DNA of 64,000 nt. Source: a virus. The stretch is taken from positions 1-64,000 of the IMG/VR virus record IMGVR_UViG_3300025151_000024; one strand, given 5' to 3'. Below the pieces are notes generated by a model, which ran no database searches, was not told the DNA's origin, and was given only the letters and a program-made list of their open reading frames with translations. Made by a program: the position numbers and the translations under genes. This document shows, piece by piece, positions 56,557-64,000 of the stretch; the stretch's first letter is position 1; every line of letters begins with the position of its first letter.

Positions 56557-59500
56557 TTAAGACAACTTTTGTTTTTTCTCTTTCAATCGCTTTCTTTCTG
56601 CTTCAGGATATGGTTCTTCAGGGTCTTCAGTGGACCGTTCTCGCATATCCCAATCAGGTACTGTTTGTTCAGAATTCAAAGTAGTCGGACCTCTAGGTGA
56701 AGAATTGGGTGTGCCCACATCTATACCCATACCTTTAGCGCCAGTTGTGTTGAACATTTGTTCTTTTTCTATCAAATCCATAGCCCTTTCCATAACTTCT
56801 AAGGCTTTCTGCATTTTAGGTTTTAAGAGTCTAGATTCGTCTTTAGGCTTCAAAATCCCAGCACTTTGCTCTTCTGAAATCTTTTTTCGATGTTCTGTTT
56901 CTTCTTCAGAAGGGATTGCTTCTTCAGTTTCTATGGGTAATTTTTCGACTTTTCCTTTCAACATCAAACTAGCAACTTGTCCCCAATATGGTTTGAGGCT
57001 TTCACTTAATTCAATACTGTAATCGCCTAAACCAACATCAGATAGAACAGTTGTAGGACTATCTACCCAATATCCAAGAGATGATTTGTTTAAGGTGTAA
57101 TATACTTCATCTTGCGGAAGTGTAATCTTTAGTTTATCATCTTCAATATCTATGTCGTGTGGTACATGGATTGGCGGTAATGCTTTTGCAATGATAGACA
57201 AAGTTTCCATCGAAACCCCACCTTCTCCCACACCTTCCCCTACTAAACGGCTAATTTGAACATCGTAAACATCTCTATCATATCTAGAAACTCGGCTAAC
57301 TCCGCTGAATCTAACTCTAACAACATCTCCTTCTTCAAACGGCTTATTGCTAGTTACAGTCCCAACATCAACAAATGTTTCCCCTTCTTTCTCAACTGCT
57401 CTATTCCCTAGACCTTCTGAATCTATTACAGGGCCAGCACCTAATCTGTAAGTGTAAGGATTATTTCCTCTTCTATCTAAAACAACGAGGTTCATATCCT
57501 TATTACGCCTTAACAAAACCCACTTTGGATGTCTTTTCTCACCACGCATATAGGTACTCTTACCATCTTTCAAAATCACAGCAGGATGTTCTTTGAGTAG
57601 AGTTTCTACTGCATCTTTCAATCCTTCATCGTCTGTAAATCTAGTATCATGAGGTCCAGCAATTAACACTTTTTCGTGACTATCAAATTGACCTCTTAGA
57701 ATTTTGAAACGCTCTCTAACAGTCATTTCCATAACATCTGAACCGTCATAATGAAGGATATCGCTAATGTGTAAATTTTCTTTTGTTAGCACACCATCTA
57801 ATGTACAATCTCTCTCACCTAGATTTTTGACTCCATTTCTAGCCCAATCAGGAATTGCAGTTCTTGTACCGCTTTCATCATAAGCAGTAACCCTATTTCC
57901 TTTCTTTGTAAGTATCAATCTTTTACCTTCGTAATACTTAGAAATAGCCCAAGACCCAGTAAAACCTCTTAATTCCTGTAACTGTTTTAATTTGAAAATC
58001 CTATGCATTGGTCTGATTGGGGGTATCCAACTTGGTTCTTTATCACCTTTTAGCAAAGAATCAGGATTCAGTAATGCTACTGCGTATTCAGCAGGTTCAC
58101 TTGCTAATAATCTAGCAGGGTCATCTAAGATACTCATACTAGTTTGACCTAAAGCGGTTGTAGGGATTTCGACATTACTAAGTGGTTGCTGAAGTGGCTC
58201 CCCTTCAGTTAAAGCATATTGATTACCATAATCTGCCCCAAAAGCAGCAGTTATATGGTTAGGGTTTGCTGGTCTAAGTGATTCAGTTTGATTTGTAGAG
58301 TGGAATGTAGGAGTACCTGTTTCAAAAGAAAAACGCCCTTGAGGAGTTACATTTACTCCACTTTTATGTGAAGCGCCGTAGATATTAGTAACCTTAGCAC
58401 CTTCTTCATTAAATGGAGTAACTGGTTGAATTACACTACCTTTGGCTCTGCGTTTTTCAGTTACATAATCGTCAGTTAACTGAGTACCATCATAAAGAAC
58501 TAAACCTCTAGAAGCATGAATAGCATCACCATGTTGGTGTTTTCTGTTAGTGTATCTGTGTCCTAATGAACTAGTAAATGGTGTAGTTCCATCATCATTC
58601 ATATCCGCTTCAATTAATGATAACCCATGCTCACCAAAACCAGCAGTGTTTTTGATATCAGTAATTTTGTTTAAATTATTTAGCGGTGTTGATGCCCTGT
58701 ATTCAAATGGTGTCTCTTCGTCTATTAGAGTGATAAGTTCTCCTACTTTTCCTTGAACAGCGTAAATCATTTCATCTAAATTATTAACATCAGCATCTAT
58801 TCCTAATTCTTCTACTTTCCTTGCAATCCTTCTTTTTGCTAATTCGGGATTTCTTTCTTTAGTGTTTTGAACGGATGTAAGTAACCCAATTAGACCTTGC
58901 ATTTCTCTTTCAGTTGGTCTTAATTTATTCATTCTTTCAAATTCAGGAGTATCTCTTTTACCTCTTTTTACTGCCTCCTTCATTCTATCTTCTATTGTAG
59001 TGTATTTGCTAAATTGACCATGATTATCATAAATTTCAGAATCATAATCTTCTTCAATCCCTGACGCTTCATGGGCTATATTCTTTACAGATTGAATAAA
59101 TCTCTCTTCACCATCAGGGATTGTTGAAAGTGTTTTATTCAAATGTTCTCTATGCTCAGAATCATTTGGAAAACCTAAATTTTCAATAATATCAGAAATA
59201 GGGGTTTTGTTAGTTACTATGAAACCATCTCGCATTTTTTGTGATAAACCTCTTACATTTTCATGAACAGGTAAAGAAGTAGTTTCTAGCCCGAAATCTC
59301 TAGTAGTGGGTGAAAGACCCTCAACACCCTCATAATAATCACTGGGTAAACGATGTAAGGCTAAATTAGCATCAGCAAACAAAGCGGCCATATTTTGTTT
59401 AAATTTAGGATTATCTACGCTCAAATAATCAGGTGGTAATAATTCAGCAAGATGTTTTACCATATTTATGATGGTTAATGTATCATAATCTAATTTATCA

Positions 59501-61980
59501 TTGAACGGACCTGACCTTATTTCTCTACTAGTTTTAATTTTATCTTCTAATTTAGCCTTATGGTCATCATTTATTCTTGACATTATATTTGCTTCATGTA
59601 AAGCATTTCTACCTGAAATACTATCTCGGTATATTTGATTATCAAAAGTCTTAGCATAAATATCTTCAGCCCTTCTAGTTTCACCAGTATCATAATCGGT
59701 ATATAATTCATAGGGGTCTAAAATATAAGGTAAACTCATTGATATTTGCCCGCCATAAGGCTGTCTGCTATCTTTGTGTTTACTATTTAACCAATCATTC
59801 ACCATATGAGCAGCAGTACTTTTTCCAAACTTTTCAAAAGCCTCTTGAGGTGTAAGACCACTTAAAGCATCAATAAAATTAGGATGAGTTGATTCTGTTA
59901 AATTTGTATTTTGAAGTCTTTTTGACGTACTTAACTGTCTTTTAGGGTGTTGAAGAGAGTGTAATGAAAGGGTAGAAGATTCAGGATGTGGGTGAATTAA
60001 GAATCCAAATAATCCCTCCAATCCGTCCTTTACTGAAAATCTAGTTCCATCTATATTAGCGAATAACCCCTCTTCTGTCCCATACGCCGGGTCACTCACC
60101 ATAGTTGGGCCGAGTAAAGAGTCAGCGAGAATATGCCTATCTATCCCAGCAGCCGGTCCTAAAAATGGAGTAGCAAAATCATTAGCGGGGTAAACACCAC
60201 CTAATTCTCTAACAGCATCTTGTATTTCAGGTGGTAAAGTGTGTAATTCTTTGTGAGGTTTATTACTACTAAAGAAAGAAAAACCGTCTTCTATTGAGCC
60301 TCTTTGAGCACCTATTTTTTGAAAATCTCCAATATTACCAAGAATTTCATTCATATGTCTTGAATCTATCAGTGGGCCACTATGGTTTGGATAATGATGT
60401 TCACCCGCCTCAATTTCTTTTCCATTTTTATCAAACCCTAATGAATACAAAAGAGACTCTTTGCTATGTTCTTTTTTCTCAGCCTCTTTTTCTTTTAATG
60501 TTGAAAACAAAGAGCCCCCAAAACCTTCACCTAAATCTCTTTTTAATTTGTCAAAATCACTCTTTGTGAGTTTAGGAATATGACTTAAACTTCCTGTAAA
60601 TTCTTCATCTAATCCTAAAGCGTCATGGATATTTTCTATGGCTCTTTCAACTAGAGGTGTGGTTTCTTCCCCTTCTTGAAAAGATATTTTTCCTTCATTA
60701 TCAATATGTGCAGAATGTAAAGCCGCTAATAAGGAGGAGGATTCTTCGTAAATTTCGGGTTGTAAGGAATGTAAATTAGGTTTTACGTTATTTGGTCCTG
60801 AATGAATAGTCGAATTTTCAACATGACCTAGCATATTCGTTGCTCTCATACGCATATTTCGCTTTAGTCTACCCATAGGTAACTCAAAATTATCATCAAA
60901 TTTTACAAATTGGTCTTTAGAATCTGATGTTTTATCAATAAGATGTTCAAAAACTTTAGTTCGCTCTTCGGGGTTTAACCATTCTAAACCCATATGCCAT
61001 GCTAAATCAGACAAATAAGATGGATGAGCCAAATCTTTGGGCGTTCCGGTAGCAATTCCATAATAATCTGCTAATAACGGGTCAACCCCACCTTCAAACT
61101 CAGGTGTTACTTCTTCATTTTGCCATCCCTGCATTCTATCAGCAAAATGACGTTTTCTTAAATCAAAATCGCTAGATAAACCATCATCATTTTCCTCTTT
61201 CCATCTCTCAAAATCTCTTTGATACATATCTTCTTCATGAGAAAGGGTATTTGCTGATTTTCCTGTATGTAATGAACCTAAAAATGGAATTTTGCCACTA
61301 CTAAATTTGTGTGTACTGGCTTGTGTATGTGGAGTATTTTTATCGAGCCAAGACTCTACAGCGGTTTCAAAACTTTTCACTTTAGATGCACGATTAGGCT
61401 CTCCTTCTACTGGTGGTAAAAACCTCTTTGCAAGAATATGATATTTCCAAGGCAAACCGCTAGATGGTTCAATTTTATTTAATGGATTATGTTTTTTATC
61501 TAAAGGGTGTGAACCCCCAAAATGCCTTGACGAATCTGCTTGAACTTCAAATGGGTAACCGTGAGAACGAGCGAGTCTATGTTTTATGTGCCCTTCCCTA
61601 TCATCTAAAGGTAAATCCTTCTCAACGTGAGAAACTATTCTTTTGTGCCAATGACTTGAAGGTGAGCCTTCTCTTCTTGAAGCGTGACCTTGGTGACGAG
61701 CAGACCTAAGTTCTCTTTTCTGTTGTCTAGTTAGTTTAGGTCTAGCCTCAGTAGAACTTATTCTCAAATAACCCTTCCTTTCTTTTTTAATTATGCTGTC
61801 GGCTAAAAAATCACAAACATCTTCTTTCCAAGTCTTTTCTAATTCAAACTCATGAGCATCTAAATTAGCCTTAGCGAAAGTGTATTCCACTAAGGAAGAT
61901 TCTATGTCAGTGAAGTCATTAATGGAAGCAAGAAGGTTATCTCTTGCCCTCACAAATGTGTCGGTAGCATCTTCACGCAC
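56557..61980 (-). CDS. 1807-aa head-module protein with a C-terminal ATP-dependent ligase-fold (NTase + OB) domain
   Basis: SKYYEGKR (motif I-like), TLDGVL (III), HISDIL (IIIa), ERFKIL, VILKD..STY (IV), KWVLLR (V), VDVG OB domain. Confidence 0.8.
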   Translation of the reverse strand: MREDATDTFVRARDNLLASINDFTDIESSLVEYTFAKANLDAHEFELEKTWKEDVCDFLADSIIKKERKGYLRISSTEARPKLTRQQKRELRSARHQGHASRREGSPSSHWHKRIVSHVEKDLPLDDREGHIKHRLARSHGYPFEVQADSSRHFGGSHPLDKKHNPLNKIEPSSGLPWKYHILAKRFLPPVEGEPNRASKVKSFETAVESWLDKNTPHTQASTHKFSSGKIPFLGSLHTGKSANTLSHEEDMYQRDFERWKEENDDGLSSDFDLRKRHFADRMQGWQNEEVTPEFEGGVDPLLADYYGIATGTPKDLAHPSYLSDLAWHMGLEWLNPEERTKVFEHLIDKTSDSKDQFVKFDDNFELPMGRLKRNMRMRATNMLGHVENSTIHSGPNNVKPNLHSLQPEIYEESSSLLAALHSAHIDNEGKISFQEGEETTPLVERAIENIHDALGLDEEFTGSLSHIPKLTKSDFDKLKRDLGEGFGGSLFSTLKEKEAEKKEHSKESLLYSLGFDKNGKEIEAGEHHYPNHSGPLIDSRHMNEILGNIGDFQKIGAQRGSIEDGFSFFSSNKPHKELHTLPPEIQDAVRELGGVYPANDFATPFLGPAAGIDRHILADSLLGPTMVSDPAYGTEEGLFANIDGTRFSVKDGLEGLFGFLIHPHPESSTLSLHSLQHPKRQLSTSKRLQNTNLTESTHPNFIDALSGLTPQEAFEKFGKSTAAHMVNDWLNSKHKDSRQPYGGQISMSLPYILDPYELYTDYDTGETRRAEDIYAKTFDNQIYRDSISGRNALHEANIMSRINDDHKAKLEDKIKTSREIRSGPFNDKLDYDTLTIINMVKHLAELLPPDYLSVDNPKFKQNMAALFADANLALHRLPSDYYEGVEGLSPTTRDFGLETTSLPVHENVRGLSQKMRDGFIVTNKTPISDIIENLGFPNDSEHREHLNKTLSTIPDGEERFIQSVKNIAHEASGIEEDYDSEIYDNHGQFSKYTTIEDRMKEAVKRGKRDTPEFERMNKLRPTEREMQGLIGLLTSVQNTKERNPELAKRRIARKVEELGIDADVNNLDEMIYAVQGKVGELITLIDEETPFEYRASTPLNNLNKITDIKNTAGFGEHGLSLIEADMNDDGTTPFTSSLGHRYTNRKHQHGDAIHASRGLVLYDGTQLTDDYVTEKRRAKGSVIQPVTPFNEEGAKVTNIYGASHKSGVNVTPQGRFSFETGTPTFHSTNQTESLRPANPNHITAAFGADYGNQYALTEGEPLQQPLSNVEIPTTALGQTSMSILDDPARLLASEPAEYAVALLNPDSLLKGDKEPSWIPPIRPMHRIFKLKQLQELRGFTGSWAISKYYEGKRLILTKKGNRVTAYDESGTRTAIPDWARNGVKNLGERDCTLDGVLTKENLHISDILHYDGSDVMEMTVRERFKILRGQFDSHEKVLIAGPHDTRFTDDEGLKDAVETLLKEHPAVILKDGKSTYMRGEKRHPKWVLLRRNKDMNLVVLDRRGNNPYTYRLGAGPVIDSEGLGNRAVEKEGETFVDVGTVTSNKPFEEGDVVRVRFSGVSRVSRYDRDVYDVQISRLVGEGVGEGGVSMETLSIIAKALPPIHVPHDIDIEDDKLKITLPQDEVYYTLNKSSLGYWVDSPTTVLSDVGLGDYSIELSESLKPYWGQVASLMLKGKVEKLPIETEEAIPSEEETEHRKKISEEQSAGILKPKDESRLLKPKMQKALEVMERAMDLIEKEQMFNTTGAKGMGIDVGTPNSSPRGPTTLNSEQTVPDWDMRERSTEDPEEPYPEAERKRLKEKKQKLS

Positions 61981-61994
61981 ACACTACCCACCCT

Positions 61995-62423
61995 TCATTC
62001 AGTTGTTGGTGTTTTCCCACCACTGGTTATCTCGTGACTCTCTACTGGTCGGTCATGAGTATTAACACGAGCAGACAAAGCATCCATGTTATAGGATTCA
62101 GATGTTGCTCCCTTATTTGCCACATCTTCTGCATCTAAAGTGTAGTTGTTAGTGGTATAGTAAGCGTTTCTTGTTTGACCGCCGGATTCTGCGACAAAAG
62201 TTACATCTTGAGGCTCTGTGTTAAAAGAAGTAGAGAAATCAGGCTGAGCCTTAGCCATAGTGCCACAACCAGCCTTCATGCAACCCATTTTATTGACGGT
62301 TTCGCCACATTCAGGGCAAACTTTAGCCTTCTCTAAGGCGTCTGCTCTTTCTAATAATTGCTGTGCTTTTTGAAACATAGCAACTGCTTCGTCACTTACA
62401 TCAGTATATCTCGGTCTTACCAT
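61995..62423 (-). CDS. Hypothetical head-module protein
   Basis: CPEC...C...C; several xxKA motifs. Confidence 0.65.
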   Translation of the reverse strand: MVRPRYTDVSDEAVAMFQKAQQLLERADALEKAKVCPECGETVNKMGCMKAGCGTMAKAQPDFSTSFNTEPQDVTFVAESGGQTRNAYYTTNNYTLDAEDVANKGATSESYNMDALSARVNTHDRPVESHEITSGGKTPTTE

Positions 62424-62424
62424 A

Positions 62425-62763
62425 TCAGTACAACTCCAGCGGCGGTTTTACATTTTCAGCCATTTCGTGAATGTCTTCCCAACTCATTTCATGAATTTCT
62501 TCGTTGGTATAATTGTTCAAATCTGAGTTATCACTCTTCATTATAGCCTCATCATTTCGGAATGGGTCGGCTTCAACATCTTCCGAAAGTGGGGTATTTA
62601 CCCTAACAAAGCCTGATTTTCTTAGGATTGCAGTAGGGTTGTTGAGCATTTTCTTAAGTTGTTGATTTTCCCTTTGCACAGCCTTGATATCGTTATCCAT
62701 AGTTTCCATTTTGGAAATCAGAGCACTCATAAGTTGCTCTTCTGTGCTAGGTTCTTCACTCAT
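62425..62763 (-). CDS. Small scaffold-like coiled-coil protein
   Basis: C-terminal MSWEDIHEMA matches the protease-scaffold C-terminus MSWDEVHNLA. Confidence 0.65.
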   Translation of the reverse strand: MSEEPSTEEQLMSALISKMETMDNDIKAVQRENQQLKKMLNNPTAILRKSGFVRVNTPLSEDVEADPFRNDEAIMKSDNSDLNNYTNEEIHEMSWEDIHEMAENVKPPLELY

Positions 62764-62772
62764 TTACTTCAC

Positions 62773-63126
62773 CTACTGTGGTCTAAATCCGCCATATGTT
62801 CCTGTATGTGGGCGCATTTGGTGGTTAGTACGAGCAGGGATGACTGTACCGGGTAAAACTCGGTCTCTTTGTGCTGTGTCGAAATTTGCACCTCTTTCAT
62901 TGAATTTCATTACTGGAACTCCACTAGCGAATTCATTTAGTGGGTTTTCGTTCTCAGCCTTTTCAATTGTGAAATGCAAGTCATCGTTCAAGAAAGTTCC
63001 AACTTTTAGAACCTCTTGGAGATGTGATTTTGCTAGTTCAGCATCACCATCATCAATTGCTCTAGAGAGCGCTTTTACGTGTACATCCATCTTTCTTGCA
63101 AACGAGTCCATCTTGGCTATGTCCAT
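62773..63126 (-). CDS. Hypothetical head-module protein
   Basis: ORF between the portal and the scaffold-like gene. Confidence 0.65.
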   Translation of the reverse strand: MDIAKMDSFARKMDVHVKALSRAIDDGDAELAKSHLQEVLKVGTFLNDDLHFTIEKAENENPLNEFASGVPVMKFNERGANFDTAQRDRVLPGTVIPARTNHQMRPHTGTYGGFRPQ

Positions 63127-63165
63127 GATACTCAACCCACCGACTACATACTCACTTAATTACAC

Positions 63166-64000
63166 TTATGCTCCACGAGGCCTTCTAGAGTCTATCAAAG
63201 CGTTAGAAACGTTCTGTGCTAAAGTAGGGTCGCCACCTCTTTGTTGGACACTTGAGACTGGTGAACCCGAACCTGCGGTCGCTCTTCTTTCAGGAGAGGC
63301 TGGTCCCCTTGGAGTTCTTAGACCGACCCCTTCCCCACCGGGTTGTGAACCGGGCATCACTCGTTGCATTACTTGTGGAGGGACTCCTTGTGGAGGCATT
63401 CCTTGTGGCATTCCTCCTTGCGGTGGCATACCAGTCATAGGTGGTGCACCACCAGCAGGTTGCTGTTGCATTTCAGCACCTTCTTGTTTTCGATAAACGA
63501 ATCTAATATCACGCTTTCCTTCTTCCAATAATTCAGGTTGATAACCTAGCATCATCATTCTTTGTGCCAAGTTAGCCTCCATCTCATCACGGCGTAATCT
63601 AGTAATTTCGTCTTCTTCTTCGTTTGGATACAATGTTAGTTTCCAATCGTAAACATTCATTTCCTTTAGCATACGAGGGAATAGAACCTCAGTGTACACT
63701 TTCTGTCCAAATTCAACTGCCCTATTGGTAACTAAGATTTGCATACCTTCGTTGTTTAACCCACCTGATTTACCATTATCAATCATAAATATAGCACTCA
63801 CACCATAATAAGCGGCTATTCTGTTACGAATTTCATCTCTTACGGCGATATACTGCATCTCTTCAAGAGTATCCATGAACTTAACCCAGTTCACACCGCC
63901 ACGGCCTGAAGAAGATTCAATACCAACTTTAGGAACATAATGTGGGTCTCTTTCCATCTTTTCGTCAACAGACTTCCAAAAAGACTTCATTGATTCAAGA
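63166..64000 (-). CDS. Portal protein, C-terminal part (5'-truncated)
   Basis: EMQYIAVRDEIRNRIAAYYGVS resembles portal motifs (..I...fGVp); position at the start of the head module; Q/P/G/M-rich tail. Confidence 0.75.
   Translation of the reverse strand, partial: LESMKSFWKSVDEKMERDPHYVPKVGIESSSGRGGVNWVKFMDTLEEMQYIAVRDEIRNRIAAYYGVSAIFMIDNGKSGGLNNEGMQILVTNRAVEFGQKVYTEVLFPRMLKEMNVYDWKLTLYPNEEEDEITRLRRDEMEANLAQRMMMLGYQPELLEEGKRDIRFVYRKQEGAEMQQQPAGGAPPMTGMPPQGGMPQGMPPQGVPPQVMQRVMPGSQPGGEGVGLRTPRGPASPERRATAGSGSPVSSVQQRGGDPTLAQNVSNALIDSRRPRGA

Noticed and set aside
62684-63496. Long antisense ORFs (e.g. 62684-63496 +, 21530-22246 +, 3706-4212 -)
   Set aside because: They overlap well-supported genes on the opposite strand and lack motifs or RBS; they are shadow ORFs.

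Overview
A 64-kb internal fragment of a tailed, HK97-fold archaeal dsDNA virus genome; both ends are cut inside genes. Gene content best fits a magrovirus-like virus of Marine Group II Euryarchaeota (Poseidoniales). That host call is inferred from content and is not database-confirmed. Two convergent, gene-dense modules meet near 18.25-18.67 kb. The + strand (1-18.66 kb) carries an archaeal-type replication/repair module: orphan DNA methyltransferase, PC4-like SSB, degenerate ATP-dependent ligase, LAGLIDADG-like protein, RFC clamp loader, probable RPA/SSB, RecA-fold ATPase, probable PCNA-like clamp, PolB, Cas4-like nuclease, fused PriS-PriL primase, ERCC4 nuclease, MCM-like helicase, DEDD exonuclease, group II chaperonin and several Zn-finger microproteins. 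The - strand (64-18.67 kb) carries morphogenesis: portal, small head proteins, a 1807-aa protein with a ligase-fold domain, protease-scaffold, major capsid protein, neck and tail proteins, tail chaperones, a very short tape-measure-like gene, a ~5480-aa giant tail protein and three related fibre proteins. I recognised no rRNA, tRNA, CRISPR array, integrase or transposon. The main leads are: (1) a ligase-fold domain bracketed by putative prohead-protease sites inside a head-module polyprotein, alongside a second, apparently catalytically dead, ligase; (2) a C-terminal QPAxYW motif shared by PolB and the methyltransferase, a candidate clamp-binding motif; (3) a viral TFS/TFIIS-like Zn-ribbon microprotein retaining the R-x-x-D-E hairpin; (4) a 38-aa translationally coupled mini-copy of the ATPase P-loop; (5) a second scaffold-like protein; (6) a possibly daisy-chained fibre set.
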